This document shows, in pieces, positions 56,598 through 64,000 of a stretch of DNA of 64,000 nt (positions are counted from its first letter, which is position 1; every line of letters begins with the position of its first letter). The position numbers were made by a program, and so were the translations under genes. Below the pieces are notes generated by a model that saw only the letters and a program-made list of their open reading frames with translations, was not told the origin of the DNA and made no database searches. This DNA comes from Flavobacteriales bacterium (GTDB lineage Bacteria > Bacteroidota > Bacteroidia > Flavobacteriales > Flavobacteriaceae). The stretch lies in the NCBI GenBank assembly GCA_004214015.1, contig SGZE01000001.1:13787-77786 (forward strand). Direction: 5' to 3'.

Positions 56598-57272
56598 TTG
56601 GCATTTCAAGATTCAGATATATTATTTGAAGACAATCATTTGATTATTGTAAATAAACCTTGCGGAGTTCTTGTTCAGGGTGATAAAACTGGCGATGTTC
56701 CATTACTTGAAGTTATTAGGAAATACATAAAGAATAAATATGACAAGAAGGGTAATGTATTTCTAGGTCTTGTAAATAGAATTGATAGACCAACATCAGG
56801 AATTGTAATCTTCGCAAAAACAAGCAAGGCTCTTTCTAGGATGAACGAAAAATTAAAGAATAGGGAAATTAAAAAAATCTATTGGCTTATAATTTCCAAT
56901 AAGTTTAAATCTAAAGAAGGAATACTTGAGGGTTGGTTTAAGAAAAATAACAAGAAGAATAAGTCTTTTTTTTCAACTAAAGAAAATGATAATTCAAAAT
57001 TTGGAATTTTAACATATAAAAAAATTCAAACTCTTGAAAAATATTGTAAAATTCAAGTAGAACTTATTACAGGTAGACATCATCAAATTAGATGTAATTT
57101 TTCTGAGATAGGATATCCTATTCTAGGTGATTTGAAATACGGATCTAAAAGATCAAATAAAGATGGGGGAATATACTTACATTCAAGAGAGATAGATTTC
57201 ATTCACCCTGTTTCAAAGGAAAAAATTCACATTAAAGCTAAACCTCCAGCACAAGGCTTATGGATTATCTAA
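56598..57272 (+). CDS. RluA-family pseudouridine synthase
   Basis: Catalytic NRIDRPTSG motif and ILFEDNHLIIVNKPCG. The track start GTG 56526 overlaps panB by 71 nt. TTG 56598, directly after the panB stop, is preferred but uncertain. Confidence 0.75.
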   Translation: MAFQDSDILFEDNHLIIVNKPCGVLVQGDKTGDVPLLEVIRKYIKNKYDKKGNVFLGLVNRIDRPTSGIVIFAKTSKALSRMNEKLKNREIKKIYWLIISNKFKSKEGILEGWFKKNNKKNKSFFSTKENDNSKFGILTYKKIQTLEKYCKIQVELITGRHHQIRCNFSEIGYPILGDLKYGSKRSNKDGGIYLHSREIDFIHPVSKEKIHIKAKPPAQGLWII

Positions 57273-58818
57273 CCCTTTTATTAATAATAAGTGCTTTTTC
57301 CTTTATAATTTCTTGAACTGGCCTGCTACTTATTTTACTTTCAAGCCACGATATAATATCTAAATATAGAAAAGCTCTTTTTTCATATGGATCATCTTCA
57401 TATACTTTAAGCTCATTATAAAGATTTCTTAAGAACCCCTTTATTTCTCCAGGATAGATGTTTTCTAAACCCTTTAAATATTTTAAAATTGTTTTTTGAA
57501 CCTCATGTAAATCATTCATTTTATAAAGATAATTATATGTATCCTTAATAATTTTATCAAGATTGAAATCAATTCCAGCCTCCCAATGAGCAATAAGATT
57601 AAGTACTCTTGTAAAACATTGAAGATCTTCCCTCATTTTAATATTTTTGTTTTTCATAATAATACTCAGATATTTTATACAATTATCAAAATCATCAACT
57701 GTAAAATACATACAAGCAATTTTATAGTAAAGAAGCATTATATGATGATGATCAATAAAATTTTTATTAGTTTCTATACCATCTAATACCTCGGGGACAA
57801 TTTTAATTGAATCTCTAAAGTTACCTTCTAGGACGTGAAGATTAAATAGGTTATTATACTTATACATAAAAATCAAAGCATTTAAATTTTGATTTACTGG
57901 AAATGAGCTACTTTCAACCGAATTAATCAAATCACTCAAACGATTTTTAAATTCTGAAGGATGTTTAATTAATGCTAAAGCCTCTAATAAAAAATTATAA
58001 CCTTTAAGATAAAAAACAGGATGAACTTTAATCATCTCTGGATTTTTATTAAATGTGTCTATCCATTTTGAAGCATACTTGTAGCTTGAAAGAAAATCTT
58101 GAACCAATAAGCTATACCAAACCCATATTTGATAATAAATAAGTTTTTCACGGAATCCCAGTGATTCTAGTTTAAAATTTTGAATTTTTTGACTGAAAAA
58201 TTTTTGAATTTCTTTAGATTCAGTATCACTTTTTGCATAACCAGCTTTAATAAGTTTTTCATAAAGCTGAAGCGAGATATTAGATAGATTACTGTTTATA
58301 TCATTTTGTTCTTTTAAATGATTAGTCTGAGAAACAAGTTCATATGTTCTATTGCTTAGACTCCTTGTCACATAAAGAGATTCAATTAATTTTTCAAATT
58401 CAACAATTTCATATGCAGATGTATTTTCATCATATTTTAAAGCAAATGATTTTGCTTTATCTAATATTTTTAAACTTTGCTTATATAACCCTTTTTGATA
58501 TAAAATTGTAGCAAAATCAATTTGACTTCTAATATGTAGTTTAACGTTTTTGTGTTGTGGGTTTAATCTTAAACTAATTAAAATCTGTTTATATAGATGA
58601 GCCTTTAAATTTGAAAGTTGGACTTTAGAAACAATTTTTTTTTCAATTATTACATCTTCTTTATAAATATTCATTTTATCAAGCTGATTAAATAATTTTA
58701 AAAACTTTGAATCTTCATTTGATTCCATTCTACCTACATAAAGTTTAAATTGTCTCTTCTCTGACTTGGTAAGAGATTTAATTAAAACAAATAGATTATC
58801 TTTTAACTCATTAGTCAT
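57265..58818 (-). CDS. Hypothetical all-helical (TPR-like) protein, 517 aa
   Basis: Long uninterrupted ORF with helical-repeat composition. I recognise no catalytic motif. Confidence 0.6.
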   Translation of the reverse strand: MTNELKDNLFVLIKSLTKSEKRQFKLYVGRMESNEDSKFLKLFNQLDKMNIYKEDVIIEKKIVSKVQLSNLKAHLYKQILISLRLNPQHKNVKLHIRSQIDFATILYQKGLYKQSLKILDKAKSFALKYDENTSAYEIVEFEKLIESLYVTRSLSNRTYELVSQTNHLKEQNDINSNLSNISLQLYEKLIKAGYAKSDTESKEIQKFFSQKIQNFKLESLGFREKLIYYQIWVWYSLLVQDFLSSYKYASKWIDTFNKNPEMIKVHPVFYLKGYNFLLEALALIKHPSEFKNRLSDLINSVESSSFPVNQNLNALIFMYKYNNLFNLHVLEGNFRDSIKIVPEVLDGIETNKNFIDHHHIMLLYYKIACMYFTVDDFDNCIKYLSIIMKNKNIKMREDLQCFTRVLNLIAHWEAGIDFNLDKIIKDTYNYLYKMNDLHEVQKTILKYLKGLENIYPGEIKGFLRNLYNELKVYEDDPYEKRAFLYLDIISWLESKISSRPVQEIIKEKALIINKRVR

Positions 58819-58943
58819 TGTATAAATTTTATAATTAATATGTTTATTTACAGGTATTTATAACAATAATATACATATCGGATATTGTAAAATTAATATA
58901 CTTTTTTTTAAGTATCACCATTTAAGTAATAATTTAGATAAGA

Positions 58944-60104
58944 ATGAAAAATCAAGTTCAAATATTTGACACTACCCTGAGAGATGGTGAGCAAGTGCCA
59001 GGTTGTAAACTTGATACTAAAAGCAAACTAATATTAGCTGAAAGAATTGATATTCTTGGAGCAGATATTATAGAAGCTGGATTTCCAATCTCAAGTCCAG
59101 GAGATTTTAAATCAGTTGTAGAAATTTCAAAAATTGTCAAAAATGCATCAGTTTGTGCTCTGAGTAGAGCAAATGAAAAAGATATTGATGTTGCAGCTGA
59201 ATCATTAAAAGATGCAAAAAAACCCAGGATTCATACAGGAATAGGAACATCTGAAATTCATATTAAACATAAATTTAATTCTAATAAGGAATCTATAATA
59301 GAGTTAGCTAAAAAATCAGTTTCTCATGCTAAAAAATATGTTTATGATGTTGAGTTTTATGCAGAAGATGCTGGTAGAACTGATAATGACTTTCTTGCTA
59401 AAGTATGCGAAGAAGTTATAAAGTCAGGAGCTACAGTTTTAAATATTCCAGACACTACAGGCTATTGTCTCCCTGAAGAGTATGGTGATAAAATAAGATT
59501 TCTAATCAATAATGTTAATGGAATTGAAAATGTTACCATTTCGTGTCATTGTCATAATGACTTAGGGCTTGCCACAGCAAATTCTATTTACGGTGTAATT
59601 AATGGTGCTAGACAAATTGAATGTACCATTAATGGTATTGGTGAAAGAGCAGGCAACACATCATTGGAAGAAGTTGTTATGATATTAAAACAACATTCTG
59701 ATCTAGGTCTTTATACTAATATCAACTCAAAACTTCTCAATGACACAAGTCAAAAAGTTTCTGATTTAATGGGAATGCCCGTTCAACCTAACAAAGCAAT
59801 TGTTGGTTCGAATGCTTTTGCACATAGCTCGGGAATTCATCAAGATGGAGTAATTAAAAAAAGAGAAACTTATGAAATAATTGACCCTCATGACGTAGGG
59901 ATTGATAAATCTTCTATAGTTTTGACTGCTAGAAGCGGAAGAGCTGCATTAGCTTTTAGGATGAAGGAGTTTGGAGTAAACTTGAGCAAGAAAGAACTTG
60001 ATGAAGTTTATAATGAATTTTTAATTGTAGCTGATAAAAAGAAAGAAGTAACAGAATCTGATTTTCCAATTATGCTAAAAAATCAAAATATTAAATATGG
60101 CTAA
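58944..60104 (+). CDS. leuA: 2-isopropylmalate synthase, short form lacking the C-terminal regulatory domain
   Basis: 386 aa. [18 protein letters not shown] and NGIGERAGN motifs (DRE-TIM barrel). It ends soon after subdomain I. Confidence 0.85.
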   Translation: MKNQVQIFDTTLRDGEQVPGCKLDTKSKLILAERIDILGADIIEAGFPISSPGDFKSVVEISKIVKNASVCALSRANEKDIDVAAESLKDAKKPRIHTGIGTSEIHIKHKFNSNKESIIELAKKSVSHAKKYVYDVEFYAEDAGRTDNDFLAKVCEEVIKSGATVLNIPDTTGYCLPEEYGDKIRFLINNVNGIENVTISCHCHNDLGLATANSIYGVINGARQIECTINGIGERAGNTSLEEVVMILKQHSDLGLYTNINSKLLNDTSQKVSDLMGMPVQPNKAIVGSNAFAHSSGIHQDGVIKKRETYEIIDPHDVGIDKSSIVLTARSGRAALAFRMKEFGVNLSKKELDEVYNEFLIVADKKKEVTESDFPIMLKNQNIKYG

Positions 60105-61488
60105 TACACTTTTTGATAAAGTTTGGGACTCTCATGTGATTGAGAAAATTGAAGATGGACCTGACGTTTTATTTATTGACAAACATTTTATTCATGAAGT
60201 TACTAGTCCTGTTGCTTTTGTAGGGCTAAAAAACAGAGGGCTTAAAGTGATGTACCCTAAGAGAACATTTGCAACTGCTGATCACAATACCCCTACATTA
60301 GACCAACATCTACCAATTAAAGATGAATTGTCTGCCCTACAGGTTAAGACTTTAGAAAAGAATTGTAATGAGCATGGTATAGACTTTTGGGGATTAGGAC
60401 ACAAAAAAAATGGTATTGTTCATGTCATTGGCCCTGAAAACGGAATTACTCAGCCTGGACTTACAATTGTTTGTGGTGATTCTCACACTTCTACACATGG
60501 GGCATTTGGTGCAATTGCATTTGGAATTGGTACATCTGAAGTAGAAATGGTTTTAGCTTGCCAATCTATTATGCAGCAAAAACCAAAAAAAATGAGAATT
60601 AATGTGGACGGAGAACTTAATCGCCACGTAACACCCAAAGATGTAGCTCTTTTTATAATATCAAAATTATCTTCTTCAGGAGCTACTGGTTATTTTGTTG
60701 AGTACTCTGGTAGAGTTTTCAAAGAAATGAGCATGGAAGGAAGAATGACTGTTTGCAATTTAAGTATAGAAATGGGAGCTAGAGGTGGAATGATTGCACC
60801 AGATAATAAGACATATGAATACCTAAAAGGCAAAGAATATGCACCTAAAGATCAAGAATGGGATAAAGCTATCAAGTATTGGTCCTCATTAAAGACTGAT
60901 GAAGGAGCTGTTTTTGATAAAGAATATAATTTTAAAGGAAAAGATATTGAGCCTATGATTACATATGGAACTAATCCAGGGATGGCAATACCTATATCTA
61001 AATCAATCCCTTCTTCAGAGACTTCAGACTCAAAAACTTCATACAAAAAAGCTCTAGACTACATGGAATTTAATGAGGGAGATTTAATGATTGGTAAAAA
61101 AATTGATTATGTTTTCTTAGGAAGCTGCACAAACGGAAGAATTGAAGATTTTAGAGTTTTTGCTAGTTTAATTAAGGGTAGAAGAAAATCTGATAGTGTA
61201 GATGCTTGGCTTGTTCCAGGCTCTCATAAAGTACTTAAAAGCATAAAAGATGAAGGTATATTAGATATTTTAACTGATTCAGGTTTTAAATTAAGAGAGC
61301 CAGGTTGTTCTGCTTGTTTAGCAATGAATGATGATAAAATCCCTAAAGGAAAATATGCAGTAAGCACAACTAACAGAAATTTCGAGGGAAGACAAGGTCC
61401 TGGTGCTAGAACCCTTCTAGCTAGTCCTCTAGTCGCAGCAGCTACTGCTATAACAGGAAAAATTACAGATCCAAGAGAAATAATTTAA
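60097..61488 (+). CDS. leuC: 3-isopropylmalate dehydratase large subunit
   Basis: 463 aa. Aconitase-type Fe-S ligand motifs (GSCTNGR, GCSACL). Confidence 0.95.
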   Translation: MANTLFDKVWDSHVIEKIEDGPDVLFIDKHFIHEVTSPVAFVGLKNRGLKVMYPKRTFATADHNTPTLDQHLPIKDELSALQVKTLEKNCNEHGIDFWGLGHKKNGIVHVIGPENGITQPGLTIVCGDSHTSTHGAFGAIAFGIGTSEVEMVLACQSIMQQKPKKMRINVDGELNRHVTPKDVALFIISKLSSSGATGYFVEYSGRVFKEMSMEGRMTVCNLSIEMGARGGMIAPDNKTYEYLKGKEYAPKDQEWDKAIKYWSSLKTDEGAVFDKEYNFKGKDIEPMITYGTNPGMAIPISKSIPSSETSDSKTSYKKALDYMEFNEGDLMIGKKIDYVFLGSCTNGRIEDFRVFASLIKGRRKSDSVDAWLVPGSHKVLKSIKDEGILDILTDSGFKLREPGCSACLAMNDDKIPKGKYAVSTTNRNFEGRQGPGARTLLASPLVAAATAITGKITDPREII

Positions 61489-61489
61489 T

Positions 61490-62086
61490 ATGGCTTACGA
61501 TAAATTTGAAATACTAAAAAGTACTGCAGTCCCATTGAACATAGACAATGTTGACACAGATCAAATAATACCAGCAAGATTTCTAAAAGCAACTGAAAGA
61601 AAAGGCTTTGGCGATAATCTTTTTAGAGATTGGAGATATAATTCTGATGGTAAAGCTATTGACTCATTTCCTCTAAACAATCCTAATTATAAAGGTAAAA
61701 TATTAATTGCTGGTAAGAATTTTGGATGCGGATCATCTAGAGAACATGCAGTTTGGGCTATATATGATTACGGTTTCAGAGTAGTTGTGTCAAGTTTTTT
61801 TGCCGATATATTCAAAAATAATTGTCTAAATATTGGAGTTCTACCAATTCAAGTTTCAGACTCTTTTTTATTAGAAATTTTTTCTCAAATAAATAAAAAC
61901 TCAGAAAGTCTATTTGAAGTCAATCTTGAAAACCAAGAATTTATAATTAAAGAATTAAATAAGAAAGAAGTATTTAAAATAAGTCTCTATAAAAAAGGTA
62001 ATATGTCTAATGGTTATGATGATATTGATTATTTATTAAACAAAAAGGAAGATATTTCTAGATTTGCTAATAAATTTATTGTTTAA
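61490..62086 (+). CDS. leuD: 3-isopropylmalate dehydratase small subunit
   Basis: 198 aa. DNVDTDQIIPARFL and GKNFGCGSSREHA motifs. Confidence 0.95.
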   Translation: MAYDKFEILKSTAVPLNIDNVDTDQIIPARFLKATERKGFGDNLFRDWRYNSDGKAIDSFPLNNPNYKGKILIAGKNFGCGSSREHAVWAIYDYGFRVVVSSFFADIFKNNCLNIGVLPIQVSDSFLLEIFSQINKNSESLFEVNLENQEFIIKELNKKEVFKISLYKKGNMSNGYDDIDYLLNKKEDISRFANKFIV

Positions 62087-63597
62087 TGACTCGCTCAATA
62101 GAAATAATGGACACAACTCTAAGAGATGGTGAACAAACATCTGGAGTCTCATATTCCCCAAAAGAAAAACTTACAATTGCTAAACTATTATTAGAAGAGT
62201 TAAAAATTGATAGAATCGAAGTTGCATCTGCAAGAGTCTCTGATGGTGAGCTCAACTCTGTTAAAGGAATAACCACTTGGGCAAAAGAAAATAATCACCT
62301 TCAAAAAATTGAAGTGTTAACTTTTATTGATAATAACAAATCAATAGAATGGCTGCTAGAATCTGGATGTAAAGTTCAAAATTTACTTACAAAAGGATCT
62401 CTAAATCATCTAGAACACCAGTTAAAAAAAACTCCAAGAGAACACTTTGAAGATATTTCTGAAATAATTCAAAATGCTAAAAAAAATTCAATCGAAACTA
62501 ATATTTATTTAGAGGATTGGAGTAATGGTATGAAAAATAGTAAAGAGTATGTTTTTAAATTTTTAACGTTCTTATATGAACAAAAAATAAAAAGAATACT
62601 TCTACCTGACACACTTGGTATATTAACACATACCGAAACTTATGAATTTATTAAAGAAGTGAAATTAAAATTTCCTAATTTTCATATTGACTTTCATGGA
62701 CATAATGACTATGATCTTAGTGTAGGTAATTCAATGGAAGCAATTAGAGCAGGTTGTAACGGGTTACATTTAACTATAAATGGAATGGGCGAAAGAGCAG
62801 GAAACACACCTCTTTCAAGTGCTGTAGCAGCTATTAAAGATTTTTTGCCAAATATTAAAATTAACGTAAATGAGAAAAGTTTATTTAAAGCAAGTAAACT
62901 AATTTCAACTTTTTCAGGCCAAACTGTTTCCTCCAATAAACCAATTGTTGGAGAAAATGTTTTTACTCAAACTGCTGGTGTGCATGCTGATGGTGATAAT
63001 AAAAAGAACCTTTACTATAATAACTTACATCCTAGCAGGTTTGGAAGAAAAAGAAAATATGCTCTTGGTAAAACATCTGGAAAAGCAAATATTAAGAAAA
63101 ATTTAGATGAGCTAGGGATTAAACTAAATGACGAAGAATTAGGAATTATTACATCTAAAGTCATTGAACTAGGTGATAAAAAAGAGAAGGTCACAATTGA
63201 AGATTTACCATATATAATAAGTGATGTTCTAGATTATCCTACAAAGAAGAAAAACATTATAATTGAGTCTTATGTTTTAACTCATGCTAAAACGCTGAGA
63301 CCTTCTGCATCTTTATCTTTAATAATAAATGATAAATTATTCCAAGAAAGTTGCTCAGGAGATGGTCAATTTGATGCGTTTATGAATGCTCTAAAAAAAA
63401 TATATTCTAATCAAAAAAAAGAACTTCCAAAATTAATAGACTATGCTGTTAGAATACCTCCTGGAAGCCATTCTGATGCATTTTGTGAAACTACTATTAC
63501 ATGGGATACTGGTGTGAAAAAATATAAAACAAGAGGACTAGATACCGATCAAACAGTTGCTGCTATTAAGGCAACTGAAAAAATGTTAAATACCTAA
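62086..63597 (+). CDS. Second LeuA-family synthase with a C-terminal LeuA-dimer/regulatory domain (citramalate synthase-like or long 2-isopropylmalate synthase)
   Basis: 503 aa. [18 protein letters not shown] and NGMGERAGN motifs, plus a C-terminal regulatory-domain-like region (GDGQFDAFMNALKKI). TAATG overlap with leuD. Confidence 0.8.
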   Translation: MTRSIEIMDTTLRDGEQTSGVSYSPKEKLTIAKLLLEELKIDRIEVASARVSDGELNSVKGITTWAKENNHLQKIEVLTFIDNNKSIEWLLESGCKVQNLLTKGSLNHLEHQLKKTPREHFEDISEIIQNAKKNSIETNIYLEDWSNGMKNSKEYVFKFLTFLYEQKIKRILLPDTLGILTHTETYEFIKEVKLKFPNFHIDFHGHNDYDLSVGNSMEAIRAGCNGLHLTINGMGERAGNTPLSSAVAAIKDFLPNIKINVNEKSLFKASKLISTFSGQTVSSNKPIVGENVFTQTAGVHADGDNKKNLYYNNLHPSRFGRKRKYALGKTSGKANIKKNLDELGIKLNDEELGIITSKVIELGDKKEKVTIEDLPYIISDVLDYPTKKKNIIIESYVLTHAKTLRPSASLSLIINDKLFQESCSGDGQFDAFMNALKKIYSNQKKELPKLIDYAVRIPPGSHSDAFCETTITWDTGVKKYKTRGLDTDQTVAAIKATEKMLNT

Positions 63598-63602
63598 TAA
63601 AT

Positions 63603-64000
63603 ATGAAATTAAAAATAGCTATTCTCCCTGGTGATGGAATTGGACCAGAGGTTACAAATGAATCAATCAAAGTTCTTAATTGCATTGCAAAAAAATTTAA
63701 TCATGATGTTGAAATGAGTACTGGATCAGTTGGAGCTATTGCAATAGATGAATATAATGATCCTTATCCCGATGAAACACATAAATTATGCTCTGAATCA
63801 GATGCAATTTTATTTGGAGCTATTGGTGATCCTAAATATGATAATGATCCTAAAGCAAAAATAAGACCTGAACAGGGTTTACTTAAATTAAGAAAGAAAC
63901 TAGGACTTTATGCAAATTTAAGACCTACCAAAGTTTTTGATTCACTTTTAGAAATGTCACCAATTAAGGAAGATAGAATAGCCGGAACTGATATACTTTT
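63603..64000 (+). CDS. leuB: 3-isopropylmalate dehydrogenase, N-terminal part (runs off the window)
   Basis: ATG 63603. MKLKIAILPGDGIGPEV...AILFGAIGDPKYD...LRKKLGLYANLRP is the typical LeuB N-terminus. Not in the ORF track because there is no stop within the window. Confidence 0.9.
   Translation, partial: MKLKIAILPGDGIGPEVTNESIKVLNCIAKKFNHDVEMSTGSVGAIAIDEYNDPYPDETHKLCSESDAILFGAIGDPKYDNDPKAKIRPEQGLLKLRKKLGLYANLRPTKVFDSLLEMSPIKEDRIAGTDIL

Noticed and set aside
1353-62936. About 27 short track ORFs of 60-117 aa lying antisense to or inside much longer genes: 1353..1556, 3860..4093, 5463..5651, 6661..6897, 13058..13372, 14868..15116, 16704..16967, 18966..19181, 19609..19848, 25140..25397, 25595..25852, 26816..27031, 29982..30167, 33381..33569, 39762..39944, 43992..44186, 46470..46715, 47055..47408, 48653..48844, 51688..51870, 55420..55686, 57586..57786, 58958..59140, 60852..61046, 62076..62276, 62709..62936.
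   Set aside because: Each is fully embedded in a confidently identified gene on the other strand or in another frame. Their composition is low-complexity or shadow-like (S/I/F/L/N-rich) and none shows a recognisable motif. They are typical shadow ORFs.
1-64000. Search for CRISPR arrays, IS elements or inverted terminal repeats, integrase-flanked islands, tRNA/rRNA genes, toxin-antitoxin pairs and defence systems.
   Set aside because: I found no direct-repeat/spacer arrays and no transposase-like ORFs. The only recombinase is a housekeeping-type XerD. No spacer other than the rnpB locus is long or G+C-rich enough to hold a tRNA. The three GNAT genes and the CPBP gene have no partner genes suggestive of TA or immunity modules.

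Overview
AT-rich (about 30% G+C by eye), extremely gene-dense chromosomal core segment. It looks like a streamlined Bacteroidota/Flavobacteriia genome: bamD-rpoZ-coaBC-recN gene order, recurring TAnnTTTG -7 promoter boxes, and A-rich leaders with no visible Shine-Dalgarno sequence. I can support about 70 protein-coding genes, nearly all housekeeping, plus one RNase P RNA. The genes include gcvT, yebC, kdsB, rsmD, dnaX, ppx-ppk1, pdxH, pyrB-pyrR, rpsA, cmk, lon, msrB, lpd, aroQ, xerD, a two-component pair, coaE, fabI, recN, coaBC, rpoZ, bamD, ligA, prmC, ribD, dnaA, mltG, an HtrA-like protease, trmD, rplS, icd, murQ, thrS-infC-rpmI-rplT, an ECF sigma module, fumC, dnaK, panB and leuA-leuCD-cimA-like-leuB. 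I saw no tRNA, rRNA, CRISPR array, IS/transposon, prophage or recognisable defence island. By my tally of ORF coordinates only about 2 kb of the 64 kb is non-coding. Many genes overlap by 1-17 nt, several convergent pairs share their stop codons, and I found only one clear intrinsic terminator. Six things deserve a second look. (1) dnaX is split exactly at an A11 run at the gamma/tau domain boundary, so full-length tau would need a -1 frameshift or transcriptional slippage; a homopolymer sequencing error is the alternative. (2) A PAS sensor domain is fused to a MenA/UbiA-type membrane prenyltransferase, flanked by a MenI-like thioesterase and a CPBP (CAAX-type) protease. (3) The RNase P RNA is unusually short (about 282 nt) and overlaps the 3' end of rsmD. 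(4) An ECF sigma, a membrane protein, an LTXXQ-repeat periplasmic protein and an outer-membrane barrel form a module. (5) A SixA-like phosphohistidine phosphatase is coupled to ppk1-ppx. (6) rpsA and dnaX are candidate leaderless mRNAs. All functional calls come from reading the translated ORFs for family motifs; no database search was run.
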